Shown: positions 8,500-16,617, counted from the first letter of the stretch. The stretch is 32,000 bases of DNA from Zestosphaera tikiterensis (GCA_003056265.1 NBVN01000002.1:210001-242000), one strand, 5' to 3'. A program made the numbers and translations. Notes: generated by a model from the sequence alone, not told the origin.

Positions 8500-8591
8500 T
8501 GGTGCCGCCGCGGGGATTCGAACCCCGGACCTCCGGATGTCCCAGGACGGGCCGTATGAGTCCGGCGCTCTGCCCGCTAAGCTACGGCGGC
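8500..8591 (-). tRNA. tRNA with anticodon CAU (elongator Met or Ile2) and a 16-nt intron at 37/38, CCA encoded
   Basis: Reverse complement: GCCGCCG-TA-GCTT-AGCGGGCA-GAGC-G-CCGGA-CTCATA[CGGCCCGTCCTGGGAC]A-TCCGG-AGGTC-CGGGG-TTCGAAT-CCCCG-CGGCGGC-A-CCA. The G1:C72 pair argues against an initiator tRNA. Confidence 0.85.
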
Positions 8592-8630
8592 ACCATAACT
8601 TAATAGCTTACCAGAATTAAAAGTTTTACT

Positions 8631-9107
8631 TTAGTAATCCCTTAGGAATTCCTCGATATGGGGTGTTTCTTTAACAACTCGGAAAGCTATGCTTGTAGTG
8701 GATCTCTTTACGTATGGTATCTTAAGAAGTCTTTTCACAAACTTGTCCAGGTCTTCCACGCTTTTAAAGCTAGCTATTACAGCAACATCGTATTCCCCAG
8801 TTATGTCATATACGGCTTTAACGTTGGGTTCTTTAGCTAGTAGGTTTTCAACCTCCTCTATATGAGCACCATTCACTTGAAGTAAGGTTAACGCATTTAT
8901 TTGATAACCTAACTTTCTATAGTCGATTATAGCCGTGTATTTCCTTATGTAACCCTCCCGCTCTAACTTCTTAACCCTATATACTAAAGCACTTGGAGTC
9001 AATCCTAACTCCCTAGCAACCTCCCTAACCTTAACCTTACCTTTAACAACTAATTCCTTCAGCAAGTAAAGATCTTTAGCATCTATATCTGAAGACCCTC
9101 CAAACAT
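8631..9107 (-). CDS. Lrp/AsnC-family transcriptional regulator
   Basis: 158 aa. It has an N-terminal HTH (KDLYLLKELVVKGKVKVREVARELGLTPSALVYRVKKLEREGYI) and a C-terminal RAM/AsnC_trans_reg domain. It is divergent from glnA. Confidence 0.9.
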   Translation of the reverse strand: MFGGSSDIDAKDLYLLKELVVKGKVKVREVARELGLTPSALVYRVKKLEREGYIRKYTAIIDYRKLGYQINALTLLQVNGAHIEEVENLLAKEPNVKAVYDITGEYDVAVIASFKSVEDLDKFVKRLLKIPYVKRSTTSIAFRVVKETPHIEEFLRDY

Positions 9108-9203
9108 TTAACACACCATTACATACTACGCAGCATATATTTAATATTTTCTGTTTTCATTGATTAAAACTTATAATCTGTTCAAATTAATTAACTATAC
9201 TGT

Positions 9204-10541
9204 GTGAACAAAGTGAATGCGTTTAAAAACACTGACAGCTTGGCTTGGGTGAATCTACATTACGTAGATCTAGTAGGAGCACTTCACGAACTTACAGTAT
9301 CTAAAGAAGAATATGAGAATAGTGAGTTCTTCGGAATTGACGGTTCTTCAGTTAACATATCTGAAGTTAACGAGAGCGACTTAACGATAGTTCCGGATAA
9401 AACAACATTTAAAGTCTTGCCTTGGAACCCAGCTTTCGGAAGGGTCTTTTGCAATGTTAGAGACAACTCAAGAAGTTTTTGGGGTGATACGCGTGGCCTA
9501 CCATTTAAACTGATGGAGTACTTAAGAGACTACGGCGTTGAAGAAGTTGTTGGAGTTGAGTTGGAGTTCTTCATTATGAAGGTTAAGGCACGGGTATCAC
9601 CTACAGCAAGTTACGTAAGGGTTAACTTAAGTGAAAGACCGCCTAAAGGTCGTTTAAACGTTAGGAACGCATATCAAATATGCGGCGATCGCTTATTAAG
9701 TAAGTTAGTACGTCATATAGTAACGTACTCACGTTACTTAGGCATCCCAATATCTAAAGTACATCATGAAGTAGCGCCAAACCAGTTTGAATTAGTTATA
9801 CCTTCGAGTAACGTCTTATCAATCTCCGACGCAGTTATAGATGTTAAATACGTGAGTAGATATGTAACCTCCAAAACAGGTTTTATAGCTAACTTCATGC
9901 CTAAACCCCTACCGGACGATAACGGCTCAGGCATGCACGTGCATGTGAGTTTAAAGAAAGACGGTATTAACTTATTCTACGACCCTGAAGATCCCTTTAA
10001 AATCAGTCAATACTGTCGTTACTTCATTGGAGGACTTTTACAGCATGGAAGATCTTTATCAGCTTTAGTGTCCCCAACGGTAAACTCCTATAAGAGGTTA
10101 ACCCCGGGTTATGAAGCACCTATATACCTAGCCTGGGGATTTAGCAACAGATCCGCAGCTGTTAGAGTGCCTAAAGCTCTTAAGCCAGGTGAGGTTAGAG
10201 TAGAGTATAGGCCTCCAGACCCTTCAAGTAATCCGTACGTGGCATTAACAGCTGTGATATTAGCGGGGTTAGATGGAATTAAAAGAAAAATAGATCCGGG
10301 AGATCCAGTTAGGGATAATCTCTACAAACTTGATGAACGAAAAGCTAAAGAGATGGGTTTTGAGGTCCTTCCTAGGTCATTAGAGGAAGCACTTGATGAG
10401 TTAGAAAGTGATAACGCCTACTTGAAACCAGTATTCTCAAATGAATTCATAGGTAAATACGTAGATGTTAAAAAACGTGAAATACGTGAAGTAACTAAAT
10501 ATCCAACACCGTCGGAATACATTAATTACTTAAGCGTTTAA
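9204..10541 (+). CDS. glnA: Glutamine synthetase, type I
   Basis: 445 aa. Motifs: MPKPLPDDNGSGMHVHVSL (ATP/Glu site signature), NSYKRLTPGYEAP, RVEYRPPDPSSNPY. Confidence 0.95.
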   Translation: MNKVNAFKNTDSLAWVNLHYVDLVGALHELTVSKEEYENSEFFGIDGSSVNISEVNESDLTIVPDKTTFKVLPWNPAFGRVFCNVRDNSRSFWGDTRGLPFKLMEYLRDYGVEEVVGVELEFFIMKVKARVSPTASYVRVNLSERPPKGRLNVRNAYQICGDRLLSKLVRHIVTYSRYLGIPISKVHHEVAPNQFELVIPSSNVLSISDAVIDVKYVSRYVTSKTGFIANFMPKPLPDDNGSGMHVHVSLKKDGINLFYDPEDPFKISQYCRYFIGGLLQHGRSLSALVSPTVNSYKRLTPGYEAPIYLAWGFSNRSAAVRVPKALKPGEVRVEYRPPDPSSNPYVALTAVILAGLDGIKRKIDPGDPVRDNLYKLDERKAKEMGFEVLPRSLEEALDELESDNAYLKPVFSNEFIGKYVDVKKREIREVTKYPTPSEYINYLSV

Positions 10542-10647
10542 TCCACATATATAAAATCACCGTCGAAGAACTAACTCGAGGTTGAGCTTACCTTAAGTTT
10601 AGGTCTGCCTCCTCCCATCATAAATGGGGGGACTTTCGTTGAAAAGC

Positions 10648-10654
10648 TTAAAAA
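10648..10654 (+). promoter_or_regulatory. Candidate TATA box for the 5S rRNA gene
   Basis: TTAAAAA is preceded by the purine-rich GAAAAG (BRE-like). It is centred about 27 nt upstream of the 5S 5' end at 10678, the canonical archaeal spacing. Confidence 0.4.
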
Positions 10655-10677
10655 CCTTAGTTTACAATATCTACTAT

Positions 10678-10803
10678 GGCGGTCCCGACCATAGTGGCCA
10701 GGAAACACCCGGACTCGTCAGATCCCGGAAGTTAAGCTGGCCACGTTGAGTAGGGCAGTGGGGTCCGCGAGGCCCCGCAGCCCTACTCAAGTTGGGATCC
10801 GCC
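10678..10803 (+). rRNA. rrf: 5S ribosomal RNA, stand-alone (no 16S/23S in the window)
   Basis: A GC-rich island in AT-rich surroundings. Helix I forms between GGCGGTCCC and GGGATCCGCC. The internal CCCGGAAGTTAAGC and GGCCACGTTGAGTAGGGCAGTGGGG segments are typical of archaeal 5S. Confidence 0.9.
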
Positions 10804-10822
10804 GCTAATAACTCAACTCTAG

Positions 10823-11155
10823 CTACTTAAAGTTAGTTGATTTTGAGATTTTCTCCCTTAGTTCCTGTAGTATTAAAGTCTTCATTTCGTATTTATGCAT
10901 TCTCATTAAATGTAGGTAAGCTCCTCTTTTAGTGAAGGGTCCTTTACCGCAGAGGTTGCAGAAAAGCAAACCGTTTTTGGATTTAATTAACTCCTTAGAT
11001 AACACAGCTAATGTTTCCTGAGTGATTTTAAGCAATGATAAACCAGTGACTACTTGAAGTTCTTCGGAACTTACGTGCATGCCTACGGAAATGCGGGCTA
11101 GATACTCAAGAAGCCTTTCTGATAGGGTTTCAATCCTTAAGGAATTTATCCCCAT
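10823..11155 (-). CDS. Small putative DNA-binding protein with a C-terminal classical C2H2 zinc finger
   Basis: 110 aa. FCNLCGKGPFTKRGAYLHLMRMH fits C-x2-C-x12-H-x4-H exactly. The N-terminal half looks helix-turn-helix-like. A GGTGGG Shine-Dalgarno lies 4 nt upstream of the ATG. The start overlaps the upstream ORF by 26 nt. Confidence 0.6.
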   Translation of the reverse strand: MGINSLRIETLSERLLEYLARISVGMHVSSEELQVVTGLSLLKITQETLAVLSKELIKSKNGLLFCNLCGKGPFTKRGAYLHLMRMHKYEMKTLILQELREKISKSTNFK

Positions 11156-11657
11156 CTAACCCACCAACGCTAACTACAAAAGCTGTAGCGGCGAACTGCA
11201 GTACTAGTTCTGGTCGCGGATTATTAAATATCCCCTTAATTACGTTAGTTTTCTCGACATCTATGCCAAGCAGGCTAACCAACTTAGAAAGTAAGTTTTT
11301 AGAAGTTTCCATATCCGCTTCGTTTAATTCAACTTTCTTCTTGAGGTCTAGCAAATCGTATATTAGCTGAAGTAATTCATAATCGTCGAAATCCACCTCC
11401 CAAAGTTTCTTAGCATATTTACTTAATTCTGTCGCAAGGCCGTTTATGTATTTATTCGTAGTTAGGTATATAGCTAGATCACCAGCTAAAAGCTTAACTA
11501 TTTGAAGCACTTCTTTAAAATAATCGCCATAACCTAAAGACTTAAGTACAATAGACGAAGATAAAGTGAAAACAAAGCTTGACGCTGTTTCATACATTAA
11601 ATCCTCGTTAATCCGCGTTAACTCGCTATTTAAAGATTCTATGGCATCCCAAGACAT
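11130..11657 (-). CDS. Hypothetical all-helical acidic protein, no family recognised
   Basis: 175 aa. The ATG is preceded by a GGTGAGGT Shine-Dalgarno and an upstream TATATATTAAA box. Codon use resembles the neighbouring genes. Confidence 0.55.
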   Translation of the reverse strand: MSWDAIESLNSELTRINEDLMYETASSFVFTLSSSIVLKSLGYGDYFKEVLQIVKLLAGDLAIYLTTNKYINGLATELSKYAKKLWEVDFDDYELLQLIYDLLDLKKKVELNEADMETSKNLLSKLVSLLGIDVEKTNVIKGIFNNPRPELVLQFAATAFVVSVGGLDGDKFLKD

Positions 11658-11820
11658 TTAAAACCTCACCACATATTAGCTTAACGTAGTTAATGCGATT
11701 TAATATATAGCACTTATAAGACTAGAGCTGAAGTTCTTAAACTTCAACATTTCGTATTATTTAACTTGGATTTAAAGATAGGTCGTATTATTAACTCACA
11801 CTCCCTTAAACTTTATGGGG

Positions 11821-11842
11821 CTGTAGCTACTTTTAGCTACGG
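11821..11842. terminator. Perfect hairpin just downstream of the prepilin peptidase stop. A role in 3'-end formation or processing is possible but unproven
   Basis: CTGTAGCTA-CTTT-TAGCTACGG forms a 7 bp perfect stem plus 2 further pairs (one G:U) with a 4-nt loop. It lies 24 nt beyond the stop at 11866. Confidence 0.3.
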
Positions 11843-11865
11843 CTATAGGTAAGTAAACTTGCTGC

Positions 11866-12591
11866 TTACGACGTAAGGAGTTTAGCTATTAAGTCAGTAG
11901 GTGTTAGAAGTGACGCTATATACCCCACCAAGTAGAAGACTATGTGTGGCAATCCCGGCGTCACCCAAACTATAAAATCATCACTCACTCTTTCCGCGTT
12001 AACTAACTCTCTAACTACGTTCTTAAGGCTTTCTTCGTAATTATCATCTAAAGTAAATGAAGCTCTACATCTGAAAGCATATCTCTCCATATCTTCAGGT
12101 ATTGTTAAAAGATATGTAAACTTACTTTTAAGAAATTGAGAAGCTTTAACAGCTTTTCCAAATACGTAAACCCCTACCTTACTTCCTTCTATACACGTGA
12201 GCCTTTTATACTGCTTTAAAAACCTTAAGTTATGAAGTAGGTTGTAGATTATTAACGCTAAAGGTGGTATTAAGGAGTAGATTAAAGTCATGAAGGTAAT
12301 TGGTTTAGGGTATATCCTAGGATGAGCTAATAACACGAAAGCCAACGCTAGGAAGTCAGCACCACCCATTAAGTCAAAAACAGAAAGAATTAAAACCATA
12401 AACACCGGCAATGCCGATATAATCAACTCAAGTAAGTTATAAGAGCCTTGAATTAAATTTAAAACAATAACCACAGCAAAGCCGGGCACCCAAGTAAGTT
12501 CTGGAACCTCCCTTGATCTGTAGTCTCTATAGGAAGCATACACCAACGTAGCTAAAACAGTAGCTATGATTAGAAAGTCCCATAAACCCAA
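11866..12591 (-). CDS. pibD: Archaeal type IV prepilin / preflagellin peptidase (A24 family, PibD/FlaK-like)
   Basis: 241 aa and polytopic. The first catalytic Asp context is ASYRDYRSREVP and the second is MGGADFLALAF. TTG start with a GGAGGA Shine-Dalgarno 7 nt upstream, inside the 18-nt gap after radA. Confidence 0.8.
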   Translation of the reverse strand: MGLWDFLIIATVLATLVYASYRDYRSREVPELTWVPGFAVVIVLNLIQGSYNLLELIISALPVFMVLILSVFDLMGGADFLALAFVLLAHPRIYPKPITFMTLIYSLIPPLALIIYNLLHNLRFLKQYKRLTCIEGSKVGVYVFGKAVKASQFLKSKFTYLLTIPEDMERYAFRCRASFTLDDNYEESLKNVVRELVNAERVSDDFIVWVTPGLPHIVFYLVGYIASLLTPTDLIAKLLTS

Positions 12592-12609
12592 AGTAAATGT
12601 CCTCCGGAT

Positions 12610-13578
12610 CTACTCTTCAGAGTCTCTAATGCCTTCGTCAGTTATTATAAAAACAGCCTCCCCTTCAGGTAGGTGCGGCGCGTCTACAACTCTAGCGATT
12701 CTTTTATTACCTCTGCCTTTCCTTAACTGTACTCTAACGCCTGGGGCATGCGCTAATACATGACCACCCACAGCTTGCGTAGGATCACCATAGTACATGT
12801 CCGGCCTAGCCATAACTTGATTCGTAACCACTACAGCTATGTCGAAGGCTTCAGCTATTCGAGCTAAGTCATGCAGGTGTTTATTAAGTTTTTGCTGCCT
12901 TAAAGCTAAGGTTTCCCTTCCTGTGTATTCAGCTCTGAAGTGACTCACTACAGAATCTATGATAATCACTTTAATGTTTTCTTTAGGTAGTAGTTCGTTA
13001 GCTGCCTCCTCTATTAAGGATATTTGATGATCGCTGTTTATAGCTCTAGCCCATATGATGTTTCTCATAGCTTCCTCAGGGTCTAAACCAACCCCCCTAG
13101 CCATAGACTCGATCCTTTCCCATCTAAACGTGCCTTCAGTATCTATATATAGAGCCTTACCCATTAGACCACCCCTCTCTTCAGGCAGCTGCACGTTAAC
13201 AGCTATTTGATGGCAGAGGTTTGTCTTTCCAGTACCGTACTCGCCGAAAAACTCCGTTATTATCTTCGTTTCAACGCCTCCGCCAAGTAACTCATCCAGC
13301 CTCTTCGAGCCTGTAGTTATCCTACCTACTTTAGCCCTCTCGTTTTTCAACTCTAAAGCCGTCTTGAATTTAAGCCCTAAAAGATCACGCGCCTTTATAA
13401 TTATCCTTTGGGCTGTGGGCGTAGGTATACCAGCTATACTAGCCAATTCAGTCACGTTAGCAGCCGCTATAGACTCCAACGTTTTATATCCTGCCTCAGC
13501 AAGTTTCGTTATTATCGTTGGACTTAAGCCTAAGTCCTCCAACGAAGCTAACTTCTTACTAGGTGGTGAGGCACTCAT
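12610..13578 (-). CDS. radA: DNA repair and recombination protein RadA
   Basis: 322 aa. It has an N-terminal HhH domain, Walker A GEYGTGKT, Walker B VIIIDS, and the full-length RecA/Rad51 core. There is no intein. Confidence 0.95.
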   Translation of the reverse strand: MSASPPSKKLASLEDLGLSPTIITKLAEAGYKTLESIAAANVTELASIAGIPTPTAQRIIIKARDLLGLKFKTALELKNERAKVGRITTGSKRLDELLGGGVETKIITEFFGEYGTGKTNLCHQIAVNVQLPEERGGLMGKALYIDTEGTFRWERIESMARGVGLDPEEAMRNIIWARAINSDHQISLIEEAANELLPKENIKVIIIDSVVSHFRAEYTGRETLALRQQKLNKHLHDLARIAEAFDIAVVVTNQVMARPDMYYGDPTQAVGGHVLAHAPGVRVQLRKGRGNKRIARVVDAPHLPEGEAVFIITDEGIRDSEE

Positions 13579-13719
13579 CAGTATTACCTAATAGATAAGT
13601 TTTAAGACGGTTATTAAACTTACCTAACATCTCACGTACTGAAGTCCACGTAATTCAGTAATTCAAACTAAAGTAAAGTTAAATATAGATTACAATCAGT
13701 ATTACTTTGAGGGAGATAT

Positions 13720-15522
13720 GTGAAAGTTTTACTAATTCACGCGGAGCATTTTGAATTTAAAGCATTAAGTAAAGCCGTTAACGAGGCGGAGGAGCCAATC
13801 CTTAAGGAGTTTAACGGTAATAACGCATTAGTAATGTTTACCTCAGTAGAGTCTGGAGACCTTAACTCCTTAAGTAAGTTACTAAGCATGTTAATTGAGG
13901 ATATCGCAAACCTCCTGCAAACGTTAAAACCGGAATATCTCGTGATATATCCTTACGCGCATCTCTCCAAAGACTTAGCAAACCCTGCTGAAGCTTTGAA
14001 AGTCCTTAAGGGGATTGAAGAAGCAGTTAAATCTTCAGTTAAGGGGGTAAACGTCGTAAGAGCGCCTTTTGGGTGGTATAAGTCATTCACCATTAAATGT
14101 TTAGGCCATCCCTTATCGGAACTTTCACGTGAGTATAGAGTAGCTTTAGAGGCTAAAGAAGAAGTTAAACCAACTATCTTTAAATGCTTCATTATGAACG
14201 TTCAAGGAGATTTAATTGAAGTAACCGATGAGGAGTTTAAGGGACTTACCGAAGAGCCTATCCTAACCACTTACTGCCTTGAGAAGACATCGCTTAGTAA
14301 ATGGGTTTTAAAGCCTAGGCTTGAGGAGCTTTTCAAGAAGTTTGGCTATGTTTTAATACGTGATAAGTTAGGCGTTAGATTAGGTAAGGTTGGTCAAGCA
14401 TTACATGTGGATAGGTTATTAAGCAGTTTAAATGACGTGATTATTGAACGCCTTACTAAGGACAGTAACTTCACTAAAGTTGAAGTATCTTCATTAGGAT
14501 ATTCATTAAACATCGACAACGTAAGCGAGCCTTTAATCTTAACCGACGAAAAAGGTTTAAAATATGAGGTTTCAAACGACTCAATCCCTATCCACGCCCA
14601 TATATTGAAAGAATTACTGGGCGTCAAGCAAGTAAAACCGCCGCTTTTCATGTATGAGATAAAGCCTGTACTTAAGAAATCCAGCGAATTAAACTTTAGG
14701 GACTACCTAACAGCTTTAACTAAACCTCAATTTACGGCCGTCGTAGACGACTTAAGAAGTGGTTTGGATATAGTTAAAAACTTAGTTTTAGATTTAACTA
14801 CAGCTTTCAAAGATTTAAATCTCCTAGAAGATATGGTGGTCATTGCGGAAGTTTCAGACTTGAGTTTTAAAGAAGGTTTGCTAGAGCCTATACTACAAAC
14901 ATTGAGAAATCACAACGTTAAAGCTTTAATTAAAGTATCGCTTAAGGAAGGTTCGCTATGGGATTTCATAATCAGGTATGTCTACATAGACAGTAGTAAA
15001 TCGCCGACTGAGTTAAGTAAAACAGCGTTAACTTCCTCAATGAGTAGAGCGTTTAGGATTTCCTACTTTGATAAAGACAATAATCAAAGATATCCAGTAA
15101 TAATAACTTCAGACTTAATAGGGGCGCCGGAAGTATTGTTTTACGCCCTCTTAGATAAAGCACTTAAGTTTGAAGAGGAAGGTAAAACACCCTGTCTTCC
15201 TACGTGGTTAATGCCTACTCAAGTCATGGTGATACCTGTAACCGTTGAGAATCAAGAACTCGTTAACTACGCTAGCCTCATAGTAAGTAAGTTACGTGAA
15301 AATAGCGTTAGATCTGAGGTAGATTTAAGGAACGTAGGTTTAGGGAGGAAGATAAGGGATGCTGGTAAGGAATGGATACCGTTTATCGTAGTTGTTGGTG
15401 AAAGGGAAGTTAATACGACCACACTTAACGTAAGGGTAAGGTGTGAAGGAATTCAACATACTTTAACTTTAAATTCATTTATTGAGTTACTTAAAAAAGA
15501 AGTGAAAACACCATTTACTTAG
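13720..15522 (+). CDS. thrS: Threonyl-tRNA synthetase paralogue of the 'ThrRS-ed' type: archaeal editing domain + degenerate class II core + anticodon-binding domain
   Basis: 600 aa. The N-terminus MKVLLIHAEHFEF... is the archaeal ThrRS editing domain. The C-terminus PTWLMPTQVMVIPV...GRKIRDAGKEWIPFIVVVGEREV is the class IIa anticodon-binding domain. The middle lacks motif 2 (no FRxE / RVRGFxQDDxH) and has PVIITSDLIGAPEVL where PVMIHRAxxGSxERF is expected. Confidence 0.8.
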   Translation: MKVLLIHAEHFEFKALSKAVNEAEEPILKEFNGNNALVMFTSVESGDLNSLSKLLSMLIEDIANLLQTLKPEYLVIYPYAHLSKDLANPAEALKVLKGIEEAVKSSVKGVNVVRAPFGWYKSFTIKCLGHPLSELSREYRVALEAKEEVKPTIFKCFIMNVQGDLIEVTDEEFKGLTEEPILTTYCLEKTSLSKWVLKPRLEELFKKFGYVLIRDKLGVRLGKVGQALHVDRLLSSLNDVIIERLTKDSNFTKVEVSSLGYSLNIDNVSEPLILTDEKGLKYEVSNDSIPIHAHILKELLGVKQVKPPLFMYEIKPVLKKSSELNFRDYLTALTKPQFTAVVDDLRSGLDIVKNLVLDLTTAFKDLNLLEDMVVIAEVSDLSFKEGLLEPILQTLRNHNVKALIKVSLKEGSLWDFIIRYVYIDSSKSPTELSKTALTSSMSRAFRISYFDKDNNQRYPVIITSDLIGAPEVLFYALLDKALKFEEEGKTPCLPTWLMPTQVMVIPVTVENQELVNYASLIVSKLRENSVRSEVDLRNVGLGRKIRDAGKEWIPFIVVVGEREVNTTTLNVRVRCEGIQHTLTLNSFIELLKKEVKTPFT

Positions 15523-15534
15523 TAGGATAAGTAA

Positions 15535-15582
15535 GTGATGAATGTCGCCCAACTGATTAATGATGTGATGAACCTCCTCTGA
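15535..15582 (+). ncRNA. Candidate C/D box sRNA (2'-O-methylation guide)
   Basis: Reading 5' to 3': C box GTGATGA (15535-15541), an 11-nt guide ATGTCGCCCAA, D' box CTGA (15553-15556), a 3-nt spacer TTA, C' box ATGATGT (15560-15566), a 12-nt guide GATGAACCTCCT, and D box CTGA (15579-15582). The spacing matches the canonical archaeal architecture. It begins 13 nt after the thrS stop. Confidence 0.55.
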
Positions 15583-15605
15583 AAACTCGAGGACTACGTT
15601 TGTTT

Positions 15606-15755
15606 TCAAGCAGTTTTCCCTAGTATTTCATGGTAGGTGTTCCTACCGCAGACTCTACAGTAATGATAGAGTTGTTTAAAGTTTTTAAGATCGTAACTAA
15701 CGTTTAAAACCCATTCAGACCCGCATTCCCTACATTTAAGCTTCCAAGGACTCAT
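15606..15755 (-). CDS. Untracked small four-Cys zinc-ribbon protein (49 aa)
   Basis: My translation of the minus strand is MSPWKLKCRECGSEWVLNVSYDLKNFKQLYHYCRVCGRNTYHEILGKTA*. It has two CxxCG knuckles 24 residues apart. An AT-rich TATA-like stretch and GTGGGG lie upstream of the ATG. It is below the 60-aa cutoff of the track. Confidence 0.5.
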   Translation of the reverse strand: MSPWKLKCRECGSEWVLNVSYDLKNFKQLYHYCRVCGRNTYHEILGKTA

Positions 15756-15863
15756 GATACCCCACTAACATACAATATGGTGGGTTAGTTAATTAAGTTA
15801 AAAGTTATTTAGCCGGAAGTCTTAAAAAGTTAGTCTTACGTAAGATGAGATTCGGGCGTTGGG

Positions 15864-16568
15864 TTGGGGGATATAGTGTATGTTATAGCTTTAATAGCGT
15901 TTTTCCATGAGCTATTTTTAAGCCTTGAAGTTAAGGAACTCACATCGTTTTACATGGCGTTGTCGTTTATGCTACTTATGTATTGGGTTTCACCATGGAA
16001 TGTTTTCCTATTTAGTAGGACATTTACAGAGGATGTGATTAAGTTCGTTGATGTTGGTTTATGGAACGTAAAGATACTTCAAAAAGTAAGGTTTAAAGTT
16101 AGGTATACACCTCAAGTCTATTTTAATGTAGCGGGTTTCGCTATACCGACTTCCATCGCTGTTTACTTAACATACGTAGCACTTAAGGAAGGTCTTATAA
16201 CCACCACTCTTTATATGACAACGCTAGCTTTTCTTACATTAACGTATAATAGACTTTCGAAGATAGCCAAGGGGAATGGAATCTTCATACCTATAATCTC
16301 AAGTATATCTATAACCACGGCTTTAATGATAATGTTAAGCACTCACTTAAGCTTGTCTGTGAGTAAAGCCTTTATACTCACATATTCGTTAAGTTGTTTA
16401 GCTTCAACGTTAGGGATAGACATTCTTAACTTAAGATCTATTGCAGTGTATAAATCTAAGTACGTCGTAATAGGCGGTTATAACTTAAAAGACGCGTTAA
16501 TAGTAATACCGGCTCTATCCTCTTTAACGGTTAAAGCCGTATTAAGCGCTATAGCCTACGGGATTTAA
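15864..16568 (+). CDS. Polytopic integral membrane protein (possibly DUF1614-like)
   Basis: 234 aa with about 6 hydrophobic segments. FNVAGFAIPTSIAVYL resembles the N-x-GGAxIP segment of DUF1614. The TTG start is uncertain. Confidence 0.55.
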   Translation: MGDIVYVIALIAFFHELFLSLEVKELTSFYMALSFMLLMYWVSPWNVFLFSRTFTEDVIKFVDVGLWNVKILQKVRFKVRYTPQVYFNVAGFAIPTSIAVYLTYVALKEGLITTTLYMTTLAFLTLTYNRLSKIAKGNGIFIPIISSISITTALMIMLSTHLSLSVSKAFILTYSLSCLASTLGIDILNLRSIAVYKSKYVVIGGYNLKDALIVIPALSSLTVKAVLSAIAYGI

Positions 16569-16617
16569 ATGTTAGGTTAGGTCAGGTAATGAAGGTCGTT
16601 CCGTTAAAACGACAAAA

